Shown here one piece after another: positions 1-14,219 of a stretch of 64,000 bases of DNA; the stretch's first letter is position 1; the number at the start of each line of letters is the position of its first letter. The notes under the pieces are model-generated. The model was not told the DNA's origin, made no database searches, and saw only the letters and a list, made by a program, of their open reading frames with translations. The DNA is taken from assembly GCF_009834535.1 (NCBI RefSeq), contig NC_045696.1, positions 32,552,001 to 32,616,000 on the forward strand, given 5' to 3'. The DNA comes from Camelus ferus. Its lineage: Eukaryota. The position numbers and the translations under genes were made by a program.

Positions 1-373
1 GGTGAATGATAATTGTGCATTGCCAGTGCCTGTGTATACTTCTTCACACATCTATTTCGATACTTGATCAGGTCAAATGATAAATATGTAAGGAGAATCT
101 TAATGTTCTGCCACTTCTGCCTTTAAAAAATATATGCTGTGTCCAGATAGTACATGGTATATAGAGTGATCAGTTACAAAGCTCACAACCACCTGATAAA
201 TACACGTACTCATTGAAGTTTAGTTTTTGAAAAATGTGTACAGAAACAACACAATGAATGGATGACTATGTTCTGGAGTCTACAAGCAGACAAAAATCTC
301 TCCTGTATTTTTCTAATTTTCTTAGAGTACATTATGTCCATGCATAATGTGTTCCATGTAAATGAAAACTGAG

Positions 374-610
374 CAATGATTTTCAAACTGCAGAATGTGA
401 CCTATTAGTAAGTTATGTTAAAAGTTTGTTTATGACTAGCATTAAAAAACAGAAGAGAATAAAAAGATACAAGTATATGAATTATAGGTTTATAAAACTT
501 CTATTTTAGTTAAATATATACACGTATGGATTTATATGTTCAAATGTATTCATAGGGTTACATCAGACAATGCATTTCTTTACTGTGGGTTGGAAAGACT
601 GTAAAAATTG
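374..610. mobile_element. Degenerate hAT-Charlie-type DNA transposon/MITE remnant
   Basis: Begins CAATGATTTTCAAACTGCAG..GTGACCTATTAGT, resembling a Charlie-type terminus (CAGTGGTTTTCAAACT), and ends ...AAAAATTG. Family not determined. Confidence 0.4.
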
Positions 611-693
611 CAGGTGTAGTGATCAGGAGAAGAATCAATGATTAACATAGTAACAACAAATAAACTAAATTTGAGAAGATTAAGACCTTAGAA

Positions 694-875
694 CAGGGTT
701 CTTATTTCTGCTGTTTATTTAGAACTACCTGAGATGTTTTGAAACATACAGATGAATGGTCTTTAATCAAATCAGTAAGTCCCAGCACTTGATGTGGGCA
801 ATATAGGTGTGTTTTGTTTTTTATTTTAGAGCTCTCCAGGTGATTAGGACATGAAGCCAAGTTCCAGAACCTCTG
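694..875. mobile_element. MER5A-like hAT-Charlie MITE
   Basis: CAGGGTTCTT... terminus, internal GCTCTCCAGGTGATT..GAAGCCAAGTTCCAGAACCTCTG end, similar 8-bp flanks CCTTAGAA / CCATAGAG. Confidence 0.6.
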
Positions 876-3800
876 CCATAGAGTAGCAATCATGATAATT
901 AAAAAAAAATTCATTTTGCTTTCACATTGTGATTTTTGACAGTTGGCATATTAGGATTTGATAATATTTAGACACCAAAAACTACAGATTAATAAATGAA
1001 AAGGGAAACTTGGGACAAGTATAAAAATTGTTTAGGGGCTATTCATATATTTTGAATACATTACATTCTATGCTTATTCAAATTTTTACTTTTGTACCAG
1101 TCAATGAGAAGAGTATCATAGAGACAAATAGTACAGTTAATTGATCAACACTGGAAGTACTGGAAACATTAAAAATGTTGTAATTGATTTTCCATCCTCT
1201 TTCAAGTAATTATATGTTAGCTCTAGTTAAACAGTAATTAAAGAGAAATAGTTGGTGGGGTTTATTTATTTGTGTATTTACGTATTGTGTGTCTTTTAAG
1301 TTTGTAATTTCATCTTTTTTTTTTTTCACCTGAAGGTCAGCTTTTCTCTTGTGAATCCTCAGAGCTTTATAGTCTCTTCTCGTTTGCAGTCACATCTGCT
1401 CTATTTTTTCACTCACGATGAATAACAAAATTTAATTGTAATGATTATGAAATGGTTAGCATTAGTGTAGAGATGTGCAGAGATTGAGGGCACTGAATAC
1501 CTGTAAGAAGTGCTCTGAGCCTTTGCATTTGTCCCTCGCCATCACTACTTGGTACCTGTTGTTTCGTACAGGTGGCTCAGGTTTGTAGAGAAGAGCAGCA
1601 TACACTTAGTGAATGAGTTGATTTGGACTTCAGTGTTCCTTTTTTTACTGGTGCTGTTTGTTTTGTTCTGCTTAATTTAGCTGCTCTTCAGCGTGAAACT
1701 CTCAAAGTCATTGGAAAGTCAAATTCAGAAAAGATCTAAATGATATAAACAAGTTTGACCAGCCCAAGTGATGTGAATAAGTTTGACATCTATTTAGAAT
1801 GTGTGAGCAGGACCAGGATATGCAAGGCTAACTTTCCAGCCTTAGTACTGATCATTTTCAGTAACAGAAGGTCAGTCCTCAGTAACACATGTGGAAATGT
1901 AAAATGAATACAGCACAAATGTGAAAGGAAATAATTTCAAAGTTTGTGTATTCATTTGACAAAATTCTGATATTCTGTAGTCATGTTCAGGCTTTGTGCT
2001 AACTATACTTAACCTGATATATACTTCAAGTAAAATCAATTGCCAATTTTCTAAATAAATATTGAGTTGCTAGTTTGAATAATTGTTGCAAAACAATTCA
2101 TCTCTTTTATTGAAGATAAAATTATCTTTGTAGAATTAAATGCTAAAAATAAGTGTTGTCTAACATTTTAAAAAATAACAGATCCCAGACCAGGTATCTC
2201 ATCATTCAAGCTCTTTACCTTAAAACACTTTCTCAGATAATTTAACCAAATCAAATATAAAAACCATTAATTATAATAGCCAGATAAATTTATGAAGGTA
2301 GCCAAGGTGATTTTTTCAAAGCTTTTGTCTGAATCATGCTATGCAGCTTCAGTTGTAAACCTATTTATTATTGTGAAAAAGACTCATGTTAGCTTTTTTA
2401 AATAGAACAAGGTGAATAGTATCTTTATAATGAAGAATTCGTTTATTCAGATCTGATTAATATCCACAGGATTTGTCACTTTACAAGTCTAACTCCTCCA
2501 TTAGACCATATTCTCCTTCAAGGAAAAGAATCGTAAACAAACTATTTGTCTTCATAGCTCCAGGGCCTCCCATGATGTTTAAATGAGTGAAAGAAAAGAG
2601 GAACTTAGTCCTTCAGTCTCCTCAGCAATATGGTATTTATGGATTTTTATATTCAGTACCTTCTCATGATCTCAAAAATGTAACAGAAAAGTCACTAAGT
2701 ATATCTGTCTTTCAGGGATAATTTAACCAATAAGCAATTTTACATTCATGACTACATCCAGATAAACAATAACAAATAAAATTTTATAACATTTTTAAAA
2801 AAAATGCAATTATTGTTTAGCCAAGTTAATAGGAGTTATAGACATGTATAGAATTTTGCACTAGGTATTCGTTCTTGCTCATTTTTACACAGTGGTGAGT
2901 CTCTTTTATCAATAGTAATGATTTCTAACATTTCCCACCATGTCTCAGTGTAAAAGATCTTTGGAGATTATCTGATCCATATGCCTTCAATATGGATCAG
3001 GAAATAAAGTGCAAAGAGCCGAAATCCTGGAGTTGTCTTTGTGGCCACTCCTGAAATAGACCTCCGCAAGCACATATTGTTTCTTGTATTACCTCTTTTT
3101 GCTATTTATGACATATTCTTTCACTTGATGCTCACAATATCATGAGTTGGTAAACAAGGTATATGAGATAATTTTTTCCAAAATTAGCTAATTTCAGTGG
3201 TCAGCAATCTTTGTCCCTTTACAGAAATAATTTGCTGATCCTTGATTAATACTATGTTGTAAATAATGTGTATTCTATAAAGAGAAAGCCAGTTGAGCTG
3301 TGCATTAAATTGTTAACAAATATTTTTTCAAAAACAGTCTTTAAAAACATGCTTTAAAAAGACACATCAGTTTTCAGCTTACAGTTACTTGGGAGGGTTC
3401 TAGAACCTAAGATGGGGTGACAGTAAAGAATTCAGAGTGAAAAGAAAGTTGTCTGGAATGGAAATTCAAAAGGAAGGATTAGGATGATGGGGACTGACTG
3501 AGGCAGGGAGACTGGTACCTCTCTGTTTGGGACTACAAGTTCAGTGGGAGTTATGAAACTGCAACATGAAAAATAGTGTGGTCTTCTTTTGAACTTAATA
3601 AGGGGAGGCTTAAGTCCAGCAGTTGGGAACTTGTGAGATGTTAATACTTGAGAGCAAATCAGTAACAGAGCTGCTGAGAAGAGTGAATTAGGAATAAAGA
3701 ACCTGATTCTGAAATCCTGTCAGCGTACTCTGTGTCTGTGTGTTAAGCTGTGCGTGCACACGTTTCCCAGAACGAGTGGCTAGAGGTCACTGTCCAGATG

Positions 3801-4083
3801 AAGCCAAATTATATATGTCACAAGTATGCTATGAATATATTAAATCGTATTTGGATTGATGTTTCTATAAAGAATGTATTTATTTTGAAGAGAAAAAGGG
3901 ACAATAATGTCTGAAATGAAGTGAAAAGACCATTAGGCTAGAAATCAAGATCTGTAGGATCCTGGACACATCACTCAACCTCTCTGGACATTACTGTTTT
4001 TCACATTTAATATGTAGACCATGTCTAAGTTCCTTCCAGTCTTATGTTCATGTATCTATCCAAACAACCAGGAACTGGGCGGC

Positions 4084-4096
4084 GGGGGGGGGGGGG
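4084..4096 (+). repeat. Poly-G run (13 G)
   Basis: Read directly from the sequence. Confidence 0.9.
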
Positions 4097-6739
4097 ATGT
4101 GTTATATAAATAAACCCTAATAAGAGAAAGTAGTAATCACCATGAACTACTGGCACAAGGTTTCCGTAAGAGTCAGACAGCAGAGTATGTTGGAAACATG
4201 CTTGACGATATCATTGTCACTGTCATGGTCTAAACAACATTGCAGTCCATATCCTAGGAGGCCACTGTGGTGTGGTTAGGAAATTGATATACTATTTAGC
4301 TTTCCCCAGTGACTGTATTTAAAAAATAAATACAGACACAATTAGATGACATGATTAAAGGGTTCAAGTTACATTAATTGTTTTCAGTTTTCAAATATTA
4401 TACCCCCATGTCTGTAATTTATAAGAATTTATTTGTGGCTTTCATCTATGAAGGTAGAGATAGTCTACTGCTTTAAAAGTTATAGTTTATTTGCAATCTC
4501 ATATTTTCAAGAGGAACATTATGGAACATGTGACAATAATAAATAATTACATTAAAAATGAAATAAAACCAGTCTAGAGATAGGTTTCTGATTTTGAACA
4601 ATAGCCTGACACAGTTGAAATTATATTGTGTTCTGAACAGTCTAGACATATCAGAAATATTAAAATTAAAATGCTCTATCCATGTCATGTATCACTAATA
4701 AAAAAGTATAGTCTTTAGCTCATTATGAAATAATGAGTGAATTATATTATAATCTCACAGAATACCAGTCTTCCTATAATTATGGTAATAATAATTTGGA
4801 ATAAGCCTTTTCAAAAGAATCTAGGACAGTCTACAGATAATAAACAAAAAATAAAGCAATCTGGGCTCACTGCCCAGATTATCACAAATATATATAATGT
4901 AGCCAAGAAAGATAATAAATACTTAATACGTGTAACTGACTCTATGAGGAAGAAAAAAGAAGGAACAGTAATTGGTCGAAGCCTTGATCAAAAATTGTTA
5001 CCTGTCATGAATCTCTTTTGATAAAAACCTATGTGTGTCTGTATATAGGGGTTTTTCTTGTTTGTTTGTTTGTTGTAGAATTCTTCACAAGTCCCTTTGA
5101 GATAAATAAAAGAAAACAAAGGAAGCTACCTGTCCTTTCAACATATTAAATATAGAAGAAATATCACCCAAGGAAACTGCGGTTTACCTAAAATGTTCAA
5201 ATCTGCCTTGACTACGTTAATTAGAAAGTCAGTATACTCCAATTAGAAATTCTACCTCTCCATACAGATATTATATGAAATGAATTACATTTTTATTTGT
5301 AAATAGCAACCTGGGATTATTGTTTTCCATGCCTAAAATTGTCCCCAAATTACTCCCTAATGTCCTATTGATGTGGCATTCCAGTTTATTGAATGACAAA
5401 ACTCTATTGCTTTATTTCCAGTTTAATTTTAAAAAGTTTAATGAAATTTTGTTCTTTGGGCTTAACAAAGTGAAAGCTAAATAACCAAATAAACAAAGAA
5501 TACGTTGTGTGTTTATTACTCAGTTCTCTATTCAGTTCTCCTGGATTTTATTGGGCAATAGCTTAACTACCAATTTTTAGTTTTTCTGTGTGATAGTTCA
5601 AATATTCTTTCATCCATCTATTTATTCATTCTACAAAATACATTTTGAGTTTCTGCTAAACGTCTAACACTGTGCTAGATGTTAGAGTCAAAAAGTAAAA
5701 TAGGATTTATCATCTCATGGCACTCAAAAAAAAAATGGCTACAAAAATAAAGAATCCAAAGAGAGCTGATAAACTGTGGTCTGAAATAAGGAATATAAAA
5801 CACAGATTCCTAAGGAAAATATGAGAGGAAGCAACTAATCATTTCACAAATTTAATTATATTTGAGTTTTAAATATATCTTTTTTCATTTATGACCCCTA
5901 ATAAGATAGTGATACTTCACACATGAAACATTTGGAATGCTGAACCTCATAGTTCAGGTGATGTAAAGGACTTCTGCTCAAACCAGGTCTCCCCTATAAG
6001 AAGGGACTTCGGTGCCCTACGAATTTGGGCTCCTTTTTCAAAATAGAAAAATGTAAACTTTTACCAATCATGAATACTCTTATTTTGGAAGATCCCAGCA
6101 GTTTATTTAGCTTCACCTCTAGGTTTGCTAATATGAAGTAGAAAAAATATGACACTTCTAGTCTTACTGTAGGCCTATAATTTGCTTTTAATTCATAGGC
6201 ATATGACATTTAAAATGTACATGCCATGTAACATGTAATATGATGTGTAATTCATAGACATAGCATAACTCTTTAGACACTTTATTATTTCTACTTCATT
6301 ATTACTAAACCTGATGTTAAACACTCCTGCATTCTAAAAATTCCCAGGCGGGATAGTATGATTGATACTGTAGTAGAACCATGAACAGAGCACTAATTGT
6401 AAGGATGTTTCTAAGATCTTTGGGGAAGTAATACAATTCCACAAAACTTTTGTTGTTATTTTTTATTTGAATCATTGTATGCTGATGGCAGAAAAGAAAT
6501 GACAAAAATACAAGTCTTCAACTCAATAAAAATGTACTTGATGCCAAGTCATCTGTAGAGGCTCTTTTGGCTATGTGGCTTTGGAAACAAATTATTCCAT
6601 TTGATTTTGTCACAACCATAAAGATCTCTGGGGTGCAAAGGAAAACAGATTGGAATGAGGGTTGTGATTGTTTATTCGCTATGTCTTATTTTGTCCACTG
6701 CAAACTTCAGAGAAATATTCTTTTGAAATTAATAGCATG

Positions 6740-6810
6740 TTTTTGTTTCTTTCTGTTTTAGGTAAGCACATAAATCATTCCTGGTATAATCAGACTGCAT
6801 CAAGGTAAAA
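6740..6810 (+). other. Candidate recursive splice site (3'ss immediately followed by a 5'ss motif) with a 43-nt RS-exon at 6762-6804
   Basis: TTTTTGTTTCTTTCTGTTTTAG|GTAAGC at 6740-6767, possible branch TTAAT at 6729-6733, downstream donor CAAG|GTAAAA at 6801-6810. Confidence 0.65.
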
Positions 6811-8163
6811 ATGATAAAATTATATTTCGTAACACTAATCAGCATGTAAATATATATGATGTTTTAGGAAAAATGGTTAAAGACATGTTTCTTTTTGAAA
6901 CTAAAGACTGAAAATACCTGTAGAAAATCTATATGTTGGGTTTTTCTGTTTTATTCTGATGTTAGTACTGTAAACTTGAAGTATTTGAAATTGTGTGTCA
7001 TATTGAGTATTAGAAATATGTATTAACTACTTTAAGACATAAGAAATGCCCTTAACATTTAATTAATATATTATAGGAAATATTTGTTCCATATCCAAAA
7101 TTTTTTATTTCAAAATACAGTAGAGTGCTTATAATTCCTTTGGGTTTAGCTTGCTACTTTGACTTTTTGCACTGAAGGCCCGAAGAATTCAATTTTGTAT
7201 CCTGTACAGTATATGCAGGCATTTTTAGGGACACATAACTATATTTAGTTCCTTTTAGGACAAAGACAACACATTGATGATCCAGGGACCTACATGGCTT
7301 TAGAATTTATTACTTTTGAGCCTGGTAACACTGGAAGGGGAGGTGGAGACTCACTCATTATCTCAGAAAAGGAGAAAGTGCTTTTAATTAGTAGAAGAGC
7401 CATCATCATTCATTATAGTGGTTTGAAAGTAAATAATGTTCTAATTGGTACAGCAAGGGTGTTCTTCCTCCAAACAAACATGTGAACCTAGTCTTTAGTA
7501 AGTAGAGAGGCTAAATTTTACTTGCATTTTTAAATAGTCCTGCTGAAGGTATGGTTTAATTTTCTGAATGTAATTATTTGATGCTGATTTTAAATAGAGA
7601 TATTATATCAATGTCAATATGATACAAAGGATCCTTTATAACAGGGGACTGAGAAGAGAGAAGGCTTATTTGACTGTTGTTTTACTCTCTTTTTACCTTT
7701 TCTTTAATGTGAGTCATTGGGACTCTGTTAAAGTAAGTGCTTTTTGGTTTTAATTAGGAACTAATATTTAGTGAATTTAATTGAGACCTCTTTTTGTTAG
7801 CATTGATAAACGTCTATGATATAAGAAAGTATGGGCAACTTCCTAAATGCTTCATAGCTGAGTATTTCTCTGGAAAGATTTAGTAATATATGTTGAAATG
7901 AGTATTGTAGTTATATTTGAAACCATTTATTTTAATTCTAAAAGTTATTTTCATTCTGTCAAAATGTATCTGTTAGGGAGAAAAAGTTCAAAATTTTTGT
8001 CAGTGTGACCACATTTTATAATGATAATGAAATAGAGATAATTTTATAGAAATTTATAATCAAAACTACCCTGTGACCTCAAAACAAAATATTTTGACTT
8101 ACTCTTCCATATTCAAAAACCTGAAATTTAAGTGAAGATTATTATGTTTTTGATTAAATGAAT

Positions 8164-9843
8164 TTTTTTTACATTTTTTATTGATTTATAATCATTTTAC
8201 AATGTTGTGTCAAATTCCAGTGTTCAGCACAATTTTTCAGTCATTCATGGACATATACACACTCATTGTCACATTTTTTTCTCTGTGAGTTATCATAACA
8301 TTTTGTGTATATTTCCCTGTGCTATACAGTGTAATCTTGTTTATCTATTCTACAATTTTGAAATCCCAGTCTTTCCTTCCCACCCTCCACCCCCCTGGTA
8401 ACCACAAGTCTGTATTCTCTGTCTGTGAGTCTATTTCTGTCCTGTATTTACGCTTTGTTTTTGTTTGTTTGTTTTTGTTTTTGTTTTTTAGATTCCACAT
8501 ATGAGCGATCTCATATGGTATTTTTCTTTCTCTTTCTGGCTTACTTCACTTAGAATGATATTCTCCAGGAGCATCCATGTTGCTGCAAATGGCATTATGT
8601 TGTCGGTTTTTATGGCTGAGTAGTATTCCATTGTATAAATATACCACCTCTTCTTTATCCAGTCACCTGTTGATGGACATTTAGGCTGTTTCCATGTTTT
8701 GCCTATTGTAAATAGTGCTGCTATGAACATTGGGGTGCAGGTGTCATCCTGAAGTAGATTTCCTTCTGGATATAAGCCCAGGAGTGGGATTCCTGGGTCA
8801 TATGGTAAGTCTATTCCTAGTCTTTTGAGGAATCTCCACACTGTTTTCCATAGTGGCTGCACCAAACTGCATTCCCACCAGCAGTGTAGGAGGGTTCCCC
8901 TTTCCCAACAGCCTCTCCAGCATTTGTCATTTGTGGATTTTTGAATGACGGCCATTCTGACTGGTGTGAGGTGATACCTCATTGTAGTTTTGATTTGCAT
9001 TTCTCTGATAATTAGTGATATTGAGCATTTTTTCATGTGCTTTTTGATCATTTGTATGTCTTCCTTGGAGAATTGCTTGTTTAGGACTTCTGCCCATTTT
9101 TGGATTGGGTTGTTTATTTTTTTCTTATTGAGTCGTATGAGCTGCTTATATATTCTGGAGATTAAGCCTTTGTCGGTTTCACTTGCAAAAATTTTCTCCC
9201 ATTCCGTAGGTTTTCTTCTTGTTTTAATTCTGGTTTCCTTTGCTGTGCAGAAGCTTGTAAGTTTCATTAGGTCCCATTTGTTTATTCTGCTTTTATTTCT
9301 TCTAGGAGAAAATTTTTGAAATGTATGTCAGATAATGTTTTGCCTATGTTTTCCTCTAGGAGGTTTATTGTATCTTGTCTTATGTTTAAGTCTTTAATCC
9401 ATTTTGAGTTGATTTTTGTATATGGTGTAAGGGAGTGTTCTAGCTTCATTGTTTTACATGCTGCTGTCCAGTTTTCCCAACACCATTTGCTGAAGAGACT
9501 GTCTTTATTCCATTGTATATTCTTGCCTCCTTTGTCGAAGATGAGTTGACCAAAAGTTTGTGGGTTCATTTCTGGGCTCTCTATTCTGTTCCTTTGGTCT
9601 ATATGTCTGTTTTGGTACCAATACCATGCTGTCTTGATGACTATAGCTCTATAGTATTGTCTGAGGTCTGGGAGAGTTATTCCTCCAGCCTCTTTCTTTC
9701 TCTTCAGTAATGCTTTGGCAATTCTAGGTCTTTGATGGTTCCATATAAATTGTATTATAATTTGTTCTAGTTCTGTGAAATATGTCCTGGGTAATTTGAT
9801 AGGAATTGCATTAAATCTGTAGATTGCCTTGGGCAGTGTGACC
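8164..9843 (-). mobile_element. Young 5'-truncated LINE-1 (ORF2 C-terminus plus 3'UTR) with a 13-bp target-site duplication
   Basis: ORFs 8488-9267 and 9282-9569 translate to L1 ORF2p ([40 protein letters not shown]). T-rich tail at 8164. TGATTAAATGAAT duplicated at 8151-8163 and 9844-9856. Confidence 0.95.
8488..9569 (-). pseudogene. L1 ORF2p C-terminal fragment (Cys-rich CCHC region), frameshifted near 9282
   Basis: Two consecutive ORF2-like reading frames (95 aa and 259 aa) separated by a frameshift at ...EIKAE*/NKWDL. No endonuclease or RT core present. Confidence 0.9.
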
Positions 9844-12800
9844 TGATTAAATGAATCTTAAACAGAAAACATTTTAAAATTTGATTGATGAAAAATATTT
9901 ATTAAATTAGCATAGTTGTCTACCATAGAATTAGAAATATACTTTAGTCTTTCTCTGGTAACTGAATTATGCTATGTATCAGGGTCCATTGCAGTAAATG
10001 GCCTAATAGAACATTGTGAGACGAAAGATACATGTATCGGTGCTTTTACCCAAACAAATAAAAAAATGTAAGTACAAGCAAAAAAAAAAAAAATTCTTAG
10101 CCGTCTCATACTTAGCTCATTTTATTTGACATTTTCTCTGAAATAAAAAGCAGAACAAACTTTTTGGCATTGTTAGTTGGATTCCATATAATTGATGCTT
10201 TACTTAATGTTAGTATTTCAGACTATATGATATATGTTCTTTGTCCATTGGAGGCTATACTTTGAATGTGAACACCCAACAATGACATTATGAGTCTAAG
10301 ATTGATAGCTATTTGATTTAGCAACATCTGTTGTTGTTTGATGTACTCCAAGCAGATGCTCTTCCTTGAAATTCAACATGCAATTTGATTTATTCTTATG
10401 ACATGTAACCTCAACAGAAGAATACTATTGCTATTTATGCACAGTTATTATAATTAACAATTGTATGTGTCTTTGGTCAAGTGAATGTCTGTAGATGGGG
10501 TCAAACATCATTAACTTTAATAAGGACAACAATGGGCAAACACTTTGAATCACTTACTCCATAAACTGGCGTAGAGTTCTTTTATGTTTCAGGGCATCTA
10601 GAGTCATTTTTTCAATTAGTGATTCACTCTTTTAATACTCTTGGAGAGTTAATGAAACACAATAACGTATGTTATCAGAATGTTCCTTTCTGTGTTTCTC
10701 GTTGTATTTCAAACCTGTCACATTATACAGAGTTGTAATGAGAAAAATATCAAGAGACAGACACTACTGTTTTTTGGATTCTCTATGCAGGTCTTGTAAT
10801 ATGCTGCAACACAATAAAAACCAATGTAATTGTAACTGAATTACACTATTTCATAGTTTATATGAGGACACACAGGGATTTAGGATAAATATGAGAGTGA
10901 TCATGCTGAGGATTAGAGAGGTCTGATCAGGGGTTTTCTAGGCAGGAAAAAACAATCTATAAGCTTAAGTGAAAGTGTGTTTGTCCTAGGAAAACTTGGA
11001 AAATTATATAATACCATAATAGTGATTATATGTATTATAATTCTAAGGAGATCTGATAACTTGTAATGGAATATGAGTCCGATTCCCCTTTTCTGAGGAA
11101 GTCTCTTGCTCAGTGTTAACAGTCCAGTGATATCTTGTGACCTTTTATATGCAAATATGAACAATTTGGGGCTATCACAGTCTCTCATGCATTGCTCCTT
11201 AAAGGGACATTCTTAATTTCTTTTATAGTCTCAGTTTTATTTTAACCTCCATTACCTGTATTATCTTCTTTGAAGCTTGAAATTAACTTTTCTTTCTTCA
11301 CCATCTTATCCTTTTCTATTTTGGTAAGCAAAGATTTTACTTTTCCACTAAATTCTAGGGGGTTTCATGCAACATAGACATGATTAATTTAATATGGTAC
11401 AGTGCATCATTATTACATTATCCCATTAATCACATTCACTGAAAGAGAAGTATATCCTTTTCTATGGAGATCATTCAGAGATGTGCTGTCCTTTTGCACA
11501 TGGAAGCAAAACTAATGATACTGTAATAGTAGAATATACACTTCGTCGTATTTACTTGATAATAAAAGCTTTTGCACCATCTCAACTAGCTTCTTATTAA
11601 CTCGGCCTTTTGTGATCTATAGATAAAAATCTATTAAGAGACTGACCTGGAAATCAAAGCCGTGACTTTAGTCTATTTAGAATGGTACTCTAAACAATTA
11701 AGCTAACCAGCCTTTTCTAGGTCATAATTTAGGAGAAATAACAGGTGAGATCAGATAACAAAGCTAACATTACCTTTTGGATTTTCTTTTTCTACCTAAG
11801 TGTTTCTTTGGGATAGGTTGAATATGTCATCCCATCCTTAAAGTTAAATGCATTGTTCTTAAAATGTACTCTCATCCCTGCTCAGTTATGAGGCAATGAC
11901 AATGCGTATCTCCTTATTCTAAAAATAAAATAAGGCAATTTAGCCTTTGTATTCTTATAATTAGCAAATGGTGGAAAGTTAAATTTTTAAATGACATAAA
12001 CCTTCATCCTTATTATGGAAAGGAAATCAAATATAATTCTAATAAAATGAGCAAGTGTTTTAAAATTTCACATGGGCAGTGGATATACATTCATAAAAAT
12101 GTTAATAATATCCACGATCATCCTGTTATCATTGCCACAGTCCTCAAATGGTTGAAGCTCTTATTTGAATAAGCAACTGATGGCCAAATTTAGCCTATCC
12201 TGTTGGATGCTGCCTGAGTGGAGATGCTGTGTCCCATTCCCCTTTGTGATGCCCCTTTACCTGCCATAATGGTTGTTACATTTTAGGTTCCTGTGAATAC
12301 TTTTGTTGTTGTTGTTGACCTATTGCTTTACAGGGAAAAACTCTATATTGACCACATGCCAGATTTCACACAGTATAACCATAATGGAATTTAATGAATT
12401 ATTTATTACAAATTATTTATTTTAAACTGCTTCTTAAAAGAGGCAAGGAAAGGTAGGTTAGTAGATTGGTAGATAGGTACTTACTTACCTACCTACATAC
12501 ATAGATGTATAGAAAGATTAAAAAAGAATGACTTCATTTAACAACAATTGTTCATTGTCATAGTCTTTTAGATTACCAAAGATTCTGGAAATATAACCAT
12601 TAGTATCACATATTAGTTTCCTTAATAAGCAGTAAATATTCAGTGTGCAACCATTTTTTCTCTTTCAGAACCTATGCCAGGTTCTTGAAATGTATAAAGA
12701 AGGCAGCATGAAATCTGTTCTCAAAAAAGTCATTTTCATTATCTAATTGTAGAACAAAACATAAATATATGAAGTATTTTATTTATAAAAGGAAATATAA

Positions 12801-14219
12801 GAAACATGGTCCAATTGGACAGTAACCTCTAAATGTAAAAAATACTTTGTTTTAACTGTCATACTTCCAAAATTGTAACTTTGAACTACTTCTATTAGTA
12901 GTTTAGTGTTTGACATTAGGAAGTGAATAAATGCATAGGTGAATTAAGTGAAAATTATTTGTTTAGTACCATTTGCAGTATATAACTTAGACCTATTCTT
13001 CTTCCTTCATTTTTTTCTAACTTGCGTTGGATAACACTTATTTTCCGTTATTCCTTTGACGGTTTTGTCATTATTACTCATGCATAATTCTCCAAAAATA
13101 TACTACTGTGTAAACAACTAGACCACTCTGGTTATTGTAAGTTCAAAAGAATGCTCTTTTAATTCTCCTATAGTATCATAAGCATGGATATACAAATACC
13201 TAGTCTCTTAGCTCAAAAAATGTTGATATTATTATGTTAAAGGTTTTAAAAAAATAATATTCACATTTGAATTTCCATTTTCCCTTGTTTCTACCTAAAA
13301 CAATTTAGAAAAGCTTCTCATAATATTCTTGATGCTACTGCTACTTGCAGTTAAATTTAATACTTAGAGCTTTGGAGCTATTTCAAATATATCTACTGTT
13401 TAAATTTTAGAACACTGACTATTGAATATTAAGAAATTATTTTGAATACATTCTGGGATTCATCTACTGAAACTGTAAAAATAACATTGTTTCTCAACTT
13501 ATATGCTTCTCCATTGAACAAACAAACAAACAAACAAATTCTGGTATAAATCATTTTGCCATATGCCAAAACTCTGGCATAAATAAGCCAAGTGCCATTA
13601 TCAGTGGGAATCTGCTTGAATCCATATGTTCATTTTCAACTGAAAACATACTCTCTGTGTTCCAGCCTAAATTATGCAGTCATTTTACATCAGGAATTTT
13701 GGGCTGTTAATATCACTGTCATGATTTTAATATAATGACAACAGAAAATAGTAGTTATCCTTGAGTCTAAATTTCAGGCTTTTTGACTTTTAGTTGGCTC
13801 TTTTAACTGCACAGTTCTACAGATAGTATCAAGGATGCTTTCCAGACACTTTTCACTTAGTAAAACTATTTAATAACAACTAGAATAATAAAAAAGAAAT
13901 TATTTACAAAGCAATGTATATATAACATGCACCCCATTTTCAAACAATGTGAAGACTAATGTCATAGAGCCAAATACCATTTCTCACTTAAAAACACCAT
14001 CCATTACTCACTGAGCCACATACTATTTCTAATGCAAGGTCTGATTCAACCACTGAATCAGGTTAGTTGTCCTGGGGGGAGGGAAGGATGGCAGTAGGCG
14101 TATGATGAATACAGTGTTTGTTTTTGCTTCTATTTGACAGCACTCTTTTAATTATAGTGAATATACTGTCTTCTTAATTATTTTAAACGATAAATGCATA
14201 GCTATAAGACATAGTTCAG

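Noticed and set aside
4077..4096. G-run as a functional G-quadruplex
   Set aside because: An isolated homopolymer with no supporting context; its length may also be unreliable in the assembly.
8990..9710. + strand ORFs of 109, 77 and 65 aa (and similar ones at 54155-54469 and 58932-59183)
   Set aside because: They are antisense readings of L1 ORF2 sequence, not genes.
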